Shown: one piece after another, positions 46,163-55,228 of the stretch
Layout: the number at the start of each line of letters is the position of its first letter
Numbering within the stretch: position 1 is the stretch's first letter
From: an uncultured Gammaproteobacteria bacterium
GTDB lineage: Bacteria > Pseudomonadota > Gammaproteobacteria > Steroidobacterales > JBCBZW01
Direction of reading: 5' to 3'
Length of the DNA stretch: 64,000 nt
Assembly (NCBI GenBank): GCA_965369325.1
Contig: CBDUQI010000002.1
Span: 5,873-69,872 of the forward strand
Notes under the pieces: model-generated
Seen by the model: only the letters and a program-made list of their open reading frames with translations
Told to the model about the DNA's origin: nothing
Database searches by the model: none
Translations under genes and position numbers: made by a program

Positions 46163-47605
46163 TCAGGGGCCTGCAGCTTGTATCTGCTTGAAGGTCTTTA
46201 GGGCGTCCAGTGCCCGTTGCCGCCCGATACTGTGTTCCACCAGAGGCAGCGGATACTGCGTGCCCAAGTGTATGCCCGCGCGTGCCAGCGTCGCGGCGTC
46301 AGCCGCCCAGGGCTGATGAATATGCGTCGATGGCAGGCCCGCCAGCTCGGGCACCCAGCGGCGCACATAACTGCCCTGTGGGTCGAATTTCTCCCCCTGC
46401 AGGATGGGGTTGAACACGCGAAAGTAGGGGGAGGCATCTGCGCCGCAACCAGCCACCCATTGCCAGCCCGCACAGTTGTTGGCGAGATCGGCATCCACCA
46501 GGGTGTCCCAGAACCACTGCTCGCCCCGTTGCCAGGGCACCAGCAGATGCTTAACCAGAAAAGACGCGGCGATCATACGCACACGGTTGTGCATCCAGCC
46601 GGTTTGCCACAGCTCCCGCATGCCGGCATCCACGATTGGGAAGCCGGTCTGACCTCGTTGCCAGGCGGACAACGCATCCTGGTCATCCACCCACGGAAAT
46701 GCGTTGTATGCGGGTTTGAACGCGCTACTGGCGATATGCGGCCAGTGGAACAGCAGGTGGTGGGAGAAGTCGCGCCAGCCCAATTGGCGCAGGTAAGCCG
46801 CGCTGCCGCCACCGGCTGAGGCGTGATCGCGGACGAAGTGCCACAGCTGGCGTGGGCTGATCTCGCCAAAGTGCAGATGCGCCGATAGCTGCGAGGTGCC
46901 AGGCGCGGCGGGCACATCGCGCCCGTCGCTGTAGTGGCTTATCGCCTCGTCGGCAAACTGCGCCAGGCGCGCCTTCGCGCCGGCTTCGCCTGGTTGCCAG
47001 TGTGCCCGCAGCCCGCCAGCCCAGTCCGGCCGAACGGGCAGCAGCGACCAGTCCTCCAGTGCCTCACTTGCGATGGAAACTGGCGCGAAAGATAGCTTTG
47101 GAACGGGCAATTCGGCTGCGGGTTCCGGTTGCCCCAGGCAAGTCTTCCAAAACGGCGTGAACACTTTGAACGGTGTGTCTGTGCGCGTACGGATGTGTTC
47201 CGGCTGAAACAACAGCGTCCCGGTAAAGCGCCGCACTTCCAGCCCGTCGGCGGAAAAGCGCTGGTGCAAGCGCTGTTCAAGCGACACCTTCCATGGTTGA
47301 TAGCCGCGGCTGAAATACAGTGCTGCTGCGTCGCAATGGGTTACCAGACGCGCCAGCACCTGCTCGATCGGTCCGCGTGCCAGCCACAGTTGCCCGCCGT
47401 GCTGGTGCAGGGATTGTTGCAGGCTGTGCAGTGAGTGATGCAGCCACCAGCGGCTGGCACTGGCTGGCGCGCGCGCGCCGGGCGTGGATTCGTCATGCAC
47501 ATAACAGACGATCAACGGCCGGCCGCTGATCGCCGCTGCGTGCAGAGCCGGGTGGTCGCTCAGGCGCAGGTCTTCATACAGCCAGACAATTACCGGTGCC
47601 GTCAC
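46163..47605 (-). CDS. phrB: Deoxyribodipyrimidine photolyase (class I CPD photolyase family)
   Basis: N-terminal VIVWLYEDLRLSDHPAL. FAD-binding C-terminal signature TGFPIVDAGMRELWQTGWMHNRVRMIAASFLVKHL...DADLANNCAGWQWVAGCGADASPYFRVFNP. Confidence 0.92.
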   Translation of the reverse strand: MTAPVIVWLYEDLRLSDHPALHAAAISGRPLIVCYVHDESTPGARAPASASRWWLHHSLHSLQQSLHQHGGQLWLARGPIEQVLARLVTHCDAAALYFSRGYQPWKVSLEQRLHQRFSADGLEVRRFTGTLLFQPEHIRTRTDTPFKVFTPFWKTCLGQPEPAAELPVPKLSFAPVSIASEALEDWSLLPVRPDWAGGLRAHWQPGEAGAKARLAQFADEAISHYSDGRDVPAAPGTSQLSAHLHFGEISPRQLWHFVRDHASAGGGSAAYLRQLGWRDFSHHLLFHWPHIASSAFKPAYNAFPWVDDQDALSAWQRGQTGFPIVDAGMRELWQTGWMHNRVRMIAASFLVKHLLVPWQRGEQWFWDTLVDADLANNCAGWQWVAGCGADASPYFRVFNPILQGEKFDPQGSYVRRWVPELAGLPSTHIHQPWAADAATLARAGIHLGTQYPLPLVEHSIGRQRALDALKTFKQIQAAGP

Positions 47606-47785
47606 CAGGTTTCTCCTGAATAAACGCCGGGCGGGGTGTCTGCTGGTGCAGCGTCGTGCCCGCGGCCCGCCGGACTAGGCGAGATGAGGTCAGCGCGCGA
47701 TAGTATCGCCTCATAGAGCCAGTGGGGTAGCGGAATTGCACGTTTATCACGACACTTTCGCCGGCTGGTCCGCTACAATTGTGAC

Positions 47786-48286
47786 ATGAGTGACGCAACC
47801 GAACAGCAAAAAGCCCATCTGGCCAGCGAACAGGGCCAGCAGGAATTTAATCAGTGGTTGAGCGAGATGTACTCGCAGCTAGGGCGGTATGCCCATAGCA
47901 AGGGTGCGATCCCTGCGGAGGCCGACGGACAGGTGGTCTGGGCGGTGCCCTTTCGGCTGCTGCTGGTTCGTGTGTGGGCCCGCGCGGATCGCAGCGCCTC
48001 CCATTGGGTGCTGGGTGGCGGTGAAATCCCAAGTGATGTGATCGAAACGCGGCTAGCAGCGACGCCGCGCGAGGCTGTGCGCCACATCGCGCTCAAGTGG
48101 CAGTTGCAGGCGGCACGTGTATCCACGCTGGCCGACGATGGCACGGCCGCGCCCGCCGCGCCTGATGGCGCCAGCGATGTTGATTGGGACGACATGGGCA
48201 TCAAGCTTGCGCAGCAGGCCGAGGCGCTCTATGCCCTTACCGATCGCGATGATCTTTGGGATGTACCCGCTCCGGATTCCGCTTGA
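47786..48286 (+). CDS. Conserved hypothetical protein (DUF4826-like)
   Basis: 166 aa with good coding appearance. Central HWVLGGGEIPSDVIE...AVRHIALKWQLQA resembles what I recall of DUF4826; that assignment is tentative. Confidence 0.6.
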   Translation: MSDATEQQKAHLASEQGQQEFNQWLSEMYSQLGRYAHSKGAIPAEADGQVVWAVPFRLLLVRVWARADRSASHWVLGGGEIPSDVIETRLAATPREAVRHIALKWQLQAARVSTLADDGTAAPAAPDGASDVDWDDMGIKLAQQAEALYALTDRDDLWDVPAPDSA

Positions 48287-48448
48287 GCGAGCGCCACTGC
48301 GCTTGACTTAATCCGGATAGTTCGTCTTTCGCGCCTCGCGGCGTCGCTTAGGCCGTGCTGCGGACTGCGACCTGCTGTCGTGAATGGCGTGAACGCCGCC
48401 CCGGGAATCGGGTCCTAACCCTTAGGGCCCAAAGGGGTTGACCGGCGC

Positions 48449-48487
48449 GATGGACCGGAGCGACGGACCAGGACGACGGACCAGAAC
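48449..48487. repeat. Three tandem 13-mers (GAYGGACCRGRRC) upstream of the ToxR-like regulator gene
   Basis: gatggaccggagc / gacggaccaggac / gacggaccagaac. The last two share 12 of 13 positions. Confidence 0.6.
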
Positions 48488-48598
48488 AGTGGCCTCGCAC
48501 AGTGCAAAAGCGATGCGAAGGCGCGCCCCGCCCAATACGGGTATCGCCAGCGCGCCGTAGCGTCAGCATCCGCCGGGAGGGCGGAGAAGGAAAATCAC

Positions 48599-49747
48599 GT
48601 GAGTGTGTACAGATTCAGCGAATTCGAGTTTGATGAGGAGCGGTTACGCCTTAGCTATCAGGGCGAGCTGACGCCACTGCGGCACAAAACAGCGTTATTG
48701 CTCAAGCTACTGCTGGGCGAACGTGGCGGTGTCCTCAGCAAGCAGCAGATTATCGATCAGGTGTGGCAACGGCAGATGGTTAGCGACCAGAGTGTGTTCC
48801 AGGCCATCAGCGAGCTACGCCAGCGCCTCGCGCCGGCCGGCGATTTGATCGCCACCCACCCAGGTATCGGTTACGAATGGATAAGCCCGGTGGCGTGCGA
48901 TCTGGTGGACACCACGCCCGTTGCAGCGGCATCGTGGCGGCTGGCGGCCGGCATTCTCGTGATGCTGTTGGCCGCGCCCGTGATTCGCGGAGACAGCACT
49001 CACCATCGCCTGTCGAACGCGGCGGCAGATATTTCATCGCAGCTGCCGGCAACACCGCCCATAGGCATCGGATCGGCAGCTGTCGGCGTGCTGGACAGCA
49101 CTCGGTTGGTGATGCCAGCGATGCGGGCTTTCGCGCAGGGGCTAGATCACCTTGGCGCGGGGCGGGCCCGCGAAGCGGAACGCCTTTTTTTGGTGGCCGC
49201 GCAGGAGAATCCCGCCTTTGCCGAGGCCTCACTAATGATCGGTGAGTCATTGCTGGCCCAGCAGCGTTACACCGAGGCGAGCGCGCAGGCGACCGCACTG
49301 CTCGGCGGCTCCGGCGAGGTCCCCTCGGCGCAGAGTGCGTACATCTCTGTGGCGGCGATGGACTTACTCAGCCGCATCAGCGAGCAGGCCGGACAGCCTT
49401 ATCAGGCGATCGCCTGGTCAGCGACCGCACTGGCACAGGCGCGCGAGCACGCATTTGTATGCACCGCCGCGGCCAGCTCTGATCGGTTGGCCCAGTTGGT
49501 GCGCGACGGATCAGCCGATCAAGCGCCCACGGGCGAGGAGCCATTGCAGTCGGACCGTGTTCCCGCGCATCTTCAGGACCAGGCCAGCGATGCCTTGTCG
49601 GCGGCGGCCATTATCTCGGAGCATGCCCCCTCACGGGCGCACTGCGAGGAGATCGGTGCGTTGCCGGGTGAGTCTGTGCCGGGCATCCGCGTTGCGGCTC
49701 GCGCGGTGCTCATGCGCCGGTGTGTGCGCCCTGTCGGGCTGGTTTGA
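48599..49747 (+). CDS. ToxR/CadC-like membrane-bound winged-helix (OmpR/PhoB-type DNA-binding domain) regulator
   Basis: N-terminal YRFSEFEFDEERLRLSYQGELTPLRHKTALLLKLLL...QIIDQVWQRQMVSDQSVFQAISELRQRL...GIGYEW. One TM segment (WRLAAGILVMLLAAPV). TPR-like periplasmic part. GTG start. Confidence 0.8.
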   Translation: MSVYRFSEFEFDEERLRLSYQGELTPLRHKTALLLKLLLGERGGVLSKQQIIDQVWQRQMVSDQSVFQAISELRQRLAPAGDLIATHPGIGYEWISPVACDLVDTTPVAAASWRLAAGILVMLLAAPVIRGDSTHHRLSNAAADISSQLPATPPIGIGSAAVGVLDSTRLVMPAMRAFAQGLDHLGAGRAREAERLFLVAAQENPAFAEASLMIGESLLAQQRYTEASAQATALLGGSGEVPSAQSAYISVAAMDLLSRISEQAGQPYQAIAWSATALAQAREHAFVCTAAASSDRLAQLVRDGSADQAPTGEEPLQSDRVPAHLQDQASDALSAAAIISEHAPSRAHCEEIGALPGESVPGIRVAARAVLMRRCVRPVGLV

Positions 49748-49843
49748 GCCGATTTTAGGCAGATTTGAGCGCTTTTTTGATGCGCTAGAAGCTTGGCGCT
49801 AACAGTATTGGGATCCTCTGTTTACCTCTGGAGGAGTCCAATA

Positions 49844-50584
49844 ATGCGAGTTCTTTTTTCTGCGCTGATGCTATCGATCGCCGCTGTGGCCTGTAGCAAC
49901 GCCACGTCTGCGGCGACTGAACCCTGTGATGCCAAAGCGATTCGCGGCGCTCTTAAGGCCTATCTGCCCGGCGAACTGGACATATCACCCACCCCGGTAG
50001 AGGGGCTGTGCGAAGTGGCACAAGAGCTGCGTGTGCTGTACGCCTCGCCAGATGGCAGTTTCGTGTTGCAGGGACCTCTGATCGATACCGCCAAACGTCT
50101 TGATCTGACCGCCGAGCGCCTGGGCGCTGCGCGCCAGACGCTGCTGGCCAAAGAGTCGCCTCTGGGTACCTACGACTATCTTGCCAACACCACACCGCCA
50201 GCGCATACCTTGACTGTCATCACCGATATTGATTGTGCTTATTGCCGGCGCTTGCATGCCAAAATGGATGAGTACAATGCCGCCGGAATCGAGTTGCGGT
50301 ACCTCATGTTGCCACGGGCCGGTCGCGACTCGGTGTCTTATCAGAAGGCGGTAGCCGCCGCGTGTTCACAATCGCCCACCGAGGCCATCACCGAGTACAT
50401 GAACGGAGCTGCCCTGGCGCAACAGCCGACGAGTTGCGCGCACAATATTGATCGTCACATGGCGCTGGCCCAGCGTCTTGGCGCAAACAGCACGCCTTCG
50501 TTTATTTTTCCGGATGGCACACTGACCGCCGGCCTGATGCCGCCGCAGCGTTTGCTTGAGGTGCTTGAAGCCAGCGCCGAATAG
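49844..50584 (+). CDS. DsbC/DsbG-family periplasmic thiol:disulfide interchange protein
   Basis: RBS GGAGGAG. Signal peptide MRVLFSALMLSIAAVA. Thioredoxin-fold CAYC active site within VITDIDCAYCRRLH. C-terminal STPSFIFPDG. Confidence 0.85.
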   Translation: MRVLFSALMLSIAAVACSNATSAATEPCDAKAIRGALKAYLPGELDISPTPVEGLCEVAQELRVLYASPDGSFVLQGPLIDTAKRLDLTAERLGAARQTLLAKESPLGTYDYLANTTPPAHTLTVITDIDCAYCRRLHAKMDEYNAAGIELRYLMLPRAGRDSVSYQKAVAAACSQSPTEAITEYMNGAALAQQPTSCAHNIDRHMALAQRLGANSTPSFIFPDGTLTAGLMPPQRLLEVLEASAE

Positions 50585-50597
50585 TTGCACACGGTAC

Positions 50598-50675
50598 CCG
50601 CCGCCGCGATGGCGTGTTCTTGGAAACAAGTACGTTTGCGGCGGCGAACTCCTGCGGCCCGGCGGGGCGTACTTG
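50598..50675. terminator. Compound GC-rich hairpin region between convergent genes (no U-tract)
   Basis: Outer 9-bp stem CGCCGCCGC (50599-50607) / GCGGCGGCG (50638-50646) encloses an inner hairpin with a GAAA loop (50616-50633). The segment CAAGTACG (50627-50634) can alternatively pair with CGTACTTG (50668-50675). Confidence 0.35.
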
Positions 50676-50692
50676 TCCGAGCCTTGGGCGGA

Positions 50693-51298
50693 TTATTTTA
50701 TCCGCACCACCCTGACCGTGCGGTTGAGCCCTTCTACTGCCATCCGGAAGCTGCCTAAAGCGCCCCGCTTGATGGTGATCTGAGGCCGTGAGGCGCGGTA
50801 AGAGACGCGCCCGTTTTGTGCCTGTTTCCATACCTGGCCGTTTTCCAGCCGAAATAACGTCTTGCCACTCCACCCGGAAAAGTCACCGTCGTAACGGGTG
50901 ACAATCTCCTGGATGCTCTCGGCGATGCGTTTGTCCTCCAGCCCGAAATCGGCTTCGGTAATCACCATGCTCTCATTCGCCCCACCCGCCTGCGGGGTGT
51001 GAGTGGCCACCGTGACCGGTTGTGATGGGGCTGGCGATGGCTTAGGCGCCGGGTTTACCGGTGTGGCAGGCGATGCGGGCATGATGGCGGCTGAGGTCTC
51101 GTTGGGCGCACTTCTACGGGCCAGCTTGTCAAAGCATTTGAGTCGACGTGAATCTTTGGCAATTTGGGCACACTCGCGCAGCTGCGCGTGCACGGCCTCT
51201 ACGGCGTTGGCGGGTGCCGGACTTAGCGCGACGGCGGCGCCCGCCATCGCGATCAGTGAACATAATTTGGTATTTAGCAGCATTGTTTCTTTCATCAA
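50693..51298 (-). CDS. Secreted hypothetical protein
   Basis: Signal peptide ...LIAMAGAAVALSPAPANA. Pro/Ala-rich linker. Conserved-looking C-terminal domain (GKTLFRLENGQVWKQ...ITIKRGALGSFRM). No family recognised. Confidence 0.6.
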   Translation of the reverse strand: MMKETMLLNTKLCSLIAMAGAAVALSPAPANAVEAVHAQLRECAQIAKDSRRLKCFDKLARRSAPNETSAAIMPASPATPVNPAPKPSPAPSQPVTVATHTPQAGGANESMVITEADFGLEDKRIAESIQEIVTRYDGDFSGWSGKTLFRLENGQVWKQAQNGRVSYRASRPQITIKRGALGSFRMAVEGLNRTVRVVRIK

Positions 51299-51481
51299 GT
51301 GCCTACAGCCTGCCTGATTTTACGCATAGTTACGGCGCCGGTCACGGCCGCAGAGCAATTGCTTGCTGATGCGCCGCGACAATTCCCACGTACTAACCGA
51401 TTATACTGCGGGTTCTTCTGTCACCGGGCTGAGCAGAACGCCCGTCACCCCCAACCCGCGTGATTGCGCAAGCCAGGCTCT

Positions 51482-53611
51482 ATGACCGACAACTCCGTGG
51501 ATTTCGCGCAGCAATTTCACCAGGCCTGCCAGCTGCATGAAAGTGGCGAGTTGGAGGCGGCGCGGCTCGCGTACCTAAGTCTGCTCAGCGAGCAACCGGA
51601 GCATGCCGAGGTATTGCATCGGCTCGGAAATATCGAGCTGCGCTATGGGCAGCTGCAAAGCGCAGAGCAGCGCGTTGCCCGCGCGCTGCAGCTGCAGCCG
51701 GATGCGCCGGGATACCAGATTACGCTTGGCAATATCCTGCGCGCTGCGCAGCGCCCGCAAGAAGCCCTTGCGGCGTATCGAGCAGAGCTGGCGGCGCGGC
51801 CGGACTTTGCTATCGCCCATCAGCAGGTAGGGCTGATGATGCTGGAAGGCGGGGAGCCGGCGGGCGCAGTGCGCAGCTTGCTCAAAGCGGTTGAGCATGC
51901 GCCGGATCTTGCCAGCGCGCACAACTACCTTGGGCGCGCGCTGAACAATCTTGGCAATTTCCCGCAAGCGGCGAATGCTTTTTTGAGCGCGATTGAGCGC
52001 CAACCCCATTTCCCGGAGGCGTATAACAACCTGGGGCACGTCCTGCGTGCGCAGGGCAATATGCGCAAAGCTGCCGAAGCGTTCACGGAGGCGGTCAGGC
52101 AAGACCCCGCGGATACACGCGCACAGCATAATCTTGGCACTGCGCTGGCGGCCCTGAACGATGCGCCGGGTGCCGTGCAGGCGTTTAAGGAAGCCATCCG
52201 CCTCGATCCGGACAATGCCGACGCGTGCCACAATCTGGCGGTGGTGTTGCACGATAAGGGCCTGCTGGATCAGGCGTTGGAGTACTACGACAAAGCGTTG
52301 AGCGTGGACGCCACACGTGCCGATACCCTGAGCAGTCGAGGCGCCGCCCTGCAGTCCATGGGGGCGTTCACACAGGCGCAGGGCAGTTACGAAGCTGCGC
52401 TACAGGTCCATGCCAACCTACCGGCGGCGCTGGCGGGGCTGGCAGGTCTGTTGCATATGCAAGGGCGTGACCAGGAGGGCTTGGCCTTGCTGGAACCGCG
52501 GCTAGCCGCCGGCATGCGGGCGCCCGAGGTGTTGGGCAGTTACGCCGATATGATGCGCGCCACCGGGGACACCGCGCCGGCCAGGGCGTTGCTGACTCAA
52601 ATCATGAGTCATCCTCGGTTGACGGCTGACCAGCAGTTGCAGTTGCACTTTAAGATGGGCGATTTATGCGACGCCGACGGCGACTACGATCTGGCGTTCG
52701 AACATTATCAACGCGCCAATGGCCTGAAGCGCACCGGCTTTGATCCGGACAAGCATGCGCAGCAGATAGACAGGCTAATCGTGTACTTCGATGCTGAGCG
52801 TTGCGCGGGAGGCTCCGCCCCCCTGGCCGAGCCGTCGCAGCTGCCTGTATTTATCGTTGGGATGCCGCGTTCGGGTACCTCGCTGGTGGAGCAGATTGTG
52901 GCCAGCCATTCGCAGGTGTTCGGGGCTGGCGAGCTAAACCACATTGGCGCGATCGTGCGGCACCTGGTTGGCCAGCACACCCTGGGCACGCAGGCCCCTT
53001 TAGGGTGGCCCGAATTACTGGATCAGGTGCCCGCCCAGCGACTTGGAGAATGCGCAACCGAGTACCTGATGCAACTGCGTGCGATGGACCGTAACGCACT
53101 GCGTATCAGTGACAAGATGTGGCTGAATTTTGAGCACCTGGGCCTGATTGCCCAGTTGTTCCCCGGCGCTCGCGTGCTGCACTGTACGCGCGACCCGCTC
53201 GATACCGCGCTGTCCTGTTACTTCCACAACTTTTTCCAAACCATCGCGCTGCCGTTTTCATACCGCCTGGCTGACATTGGTGAGTATTACCTGGACTACG
53301 TGCGCCTGATGGACCACTGGCGTAAGGCGTTGCCGCTGCGCATGCTGGATGTGCCTTACGAGGCGCTGGTGGCCGAGCAGGGGCCAATCAGTCGCGCGCT
53401 GATCGATTTTCTTGAGCTACCGTGGGATGAGGCCTGCCTGCGTTTTCATGAAACACCGCGGGTGGCGCTTACTGCCAGCTACGCGCAGGTGAAAAAACCC
53501 ATGTACAGCAGCTCGGTTGGGCGCTGGCGGCACTACGAGCGTCACCTGGCGCCGCTGCGCAAGGTGCTGGACGGCGCTGTGCAAGGTCGCCCCGCGCGGT
53601 GGACGCCATGA
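51482..53611 (+). CDS. TPR-repeat + sulfotransferase protein 1
   Basis: About 430 aa of TPRs, then a PAPS-type sulfotransferase: 5'-PSB FIVGMPRSGTSLVEQI and 3'-PB CTRDPLDTALSCYF. C-terminal VGRWRHYE. ATG 51482 is preferred over TTG 51464. Confidence 0.85.
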   Translation: MTDNSVDFAQQFHQACQLHESGELEAARLAYLSLLSEQPEHAEVLHRLGNIELRYGQLQSAEQRVARALQLQPDAPGYQITLGNILRAAQRPQEALAAYRAELAARPDFAIAHQQVGLMMLEGGEPAGAVRSLLKAVEHAPDLASAHNYLGRALNNLGNFPQAANAFLSAIERQPHFPEAYNNLGHVLRAQGNMRKAAEAFTEAVRQDPADTRAQHNLGTALAALNDAPGAVQAFKEAIRLDPDNADACHNLAVVLHDKGLLDQALEYYDKALSVDATRADTLSSRGAALQSMGAFTQAQGSYEAALQVHANLPAALAGLAGLLHMQGRDQEGLALLEPRLAAGMRAPEVLGSYADMMRATGDTAPARALLTQIMSHPRLTADQQLQLHFKMGDLCDADGDYDLAFEHYQRANGLKRTGFDPDKHAQQIDRLIVYFDAERCAGGSAPLAEPSQLPVFIVGMPRSGTSLVEQIVASHSQVFGAGELNHIGAIVRHLVGQHTLGTQAPLGWPELLDQVPAQRLGECATEYLMQLRAMDRNALRISDKMWLNFEHLGLIAQLFPGARVLHCTRDPLDTALSCYFHNFFQTIALPFSYRLADIGEYYLDYVRLMDHWRKALPLRMLDVPYEALVAEQGPISRALIDFLELPWDEACLRFHETPRVALTASYAQVKKPMYSSSVGRWRHYERHLAPLRKVLDGAVQGRPARWTP

Positions 53612-55062
53612 GTGTACAGGCCTATCTGGCGGCCGGCCTGAAGGCCCAGCGTGCCGGTCAGTTGCCCGAGGCCGCGGTCCACTTCAAGCAGGCGGTTACC
53701 GAGGCGCCGGGCGATGCCCGCGCTTGGACCTGTCTGGGCAGCGTGTTGCAAATGGGCGGTCGGTACGAGGATGCACGGACGTGTTATCGCAATGCGCTCA
53801 AGGCGGATGCCACCTACCCGGATGCAACCTACAACCTGGGCACCCTGAATCAGGGCGAGCGGCAGTTGGATGAAGCGCTTACGGCGTATCGGCGCACGCT
53901 GGAACTGGCACCGGCGCATGCCGGGGCACTGGCGGGCATGGCTACCATTATGGATTGGCGCGGGCAGGACGCTGAAGCCCTGCAGCAACTGCAACAGCAA
54001 ATGGGTGAAGCGCCCGCCGATCTGGAGCTAGAGCTGATTTATGCGCGCCTGCTCTCGCGTGACGGTCGCCACCAAGTTGCCCTGGAACGGTTGCAGGCCG
54101 TATTGGCCAGTGCGGATCTTACCGGGCACCAACGCTCGCGTGTGCATTTTGCGCTGGGGCGTATTTGTGATCGGCAGGCTCGTTACGATGATGCGTTTGC
54201 GCACTTCGAACAGGCGAACGTCCTGAAGGGCGCGCGCTTTGATGCAAACGCATTCGGCGAATTTGTTGACGAGTTGATCGAGACATTCAGTCCGGCTGCG
54301 ATGGCCGATATGGCGGACTCCGGTGTGAGCGACGACCGGCCCATCTTTATCGTCGGTCTGCCGCGCTCGGGTAGCACGCTGCTCGAGCAGATTCTGGGCG
54401 CCCATCCGCAAGTGCTGGCCGGCGGCGAAAGCACCGCATTCCCGCGCGTGGCGGCGGCGTTGGCCAACGCCGCCCACGGCGGTAGTTATCCGGGTTGTAT
54501 CGCCGCATGCGAGGCGCACGAGCTTGAGGGCGCGGCGCATACCTACCTGGGGCAGTTGCCCGATACCACGCAGCACGTCACCGACAAGTTGCCCGGTAAC
54601 TTCATGCACGTCGCGAGCATTTCACGCGTATTGCCCGGCGCGCGCATTGTGAACTGTGTGCGCGATCCGCTTGAGACTGCCTTGTCCTGCTACATGCAGA
54701 ATTTTGCGGGCGGTAGTTTGCCCTACACCTACAACCTGACGCACCTCGCGCACTACGTGAACGACTACCGGCGCCTTATGGCGCATTGGCAGCAGTTGTG
54801 CGCGCACGGCGTACTTACCTTGCACCAGGTGCATTACGAATTACTGGTGCAAGACCCGCAGGGGCAAATCCGGCAGTTGCTGCAACAACTGGAGTTGCCA
54901 TGGTCTGAGCAATGCCTGGCCTTTCACGAGGTGGCGCCACCCGCATTGACCGCAAGCAATGCGCAGGTTCGAAAGCCCATCTACCGCGATGCCCTGGGCC
55001 GTGCCGAACACTATCGCGCCCATCTTGGCACCTTGATTGAGCAATTGGATTCGCCGGCCTGA
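53608..55062 (+). CDS. TPR-repeat + sulfotransferase protein 2
   Basis: FIVGLPRSGSTLLEQI and CVRDPLETALSCYM. The ATG 53608 forms an ATGA overlap with the upstream stop; the track's GTG 53599 is possible. Confidence 0.85.
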   Translation: MSVQAYLAAGLKAQRAGQLPEAAVHFKQAVTEAPGDARAWTCLGSVLQMGGRYEDARTCYRNALKADATYPDATYNLGTLNQGERQLDEALTAYRRTLELAPAHAGALAGMATIMDWRGQDAEALQQLQQQMGEAPADLELELIYARLLSRDGRHQVALERLQAVLASADLTGHQRSRVHFALGRICDRQARYDDAFAHFEQANVLKGARFDANAFGEFVDELIETFSPAAMADMADSGVSDDRPIFIVGLPRSGSTLLEQILGAHPQVLAGGESTAFPRVAAALANAAHGGSYPGCIAACEAHELEGAAHTYLGQLPDTTQHVTDKLPGNFMHVASISRVLPGARIVNCVRDPLETALSCYMQNFAGGSLPYTYNLTHLAHYVNDYRRLMAHWQQLCAHGVLTLHQVHYELLVQDPQGQIRQLLQQLELPWSEQCLAFHEVAPPALTASNAQVRKPIYRDALGRAEHYRAHLGTLIEQLDSPA

Positions 55063-55228
55063 TTGCCCGTGTCCGTGCCTTCAGTCCGTTTGGTCATCGC
55101 GCGCCGGTAGGCCGGAAAGTACCTGAGCCGCGCTGCGCGCCGCGCCGAGTGTCTTGTTACCTCACGGTTTATCCTGGCCCATCGGCATGAGGCTTGTCTT
55201 GTGTCGCTGTGCTTGCAAGACTGCGGGC

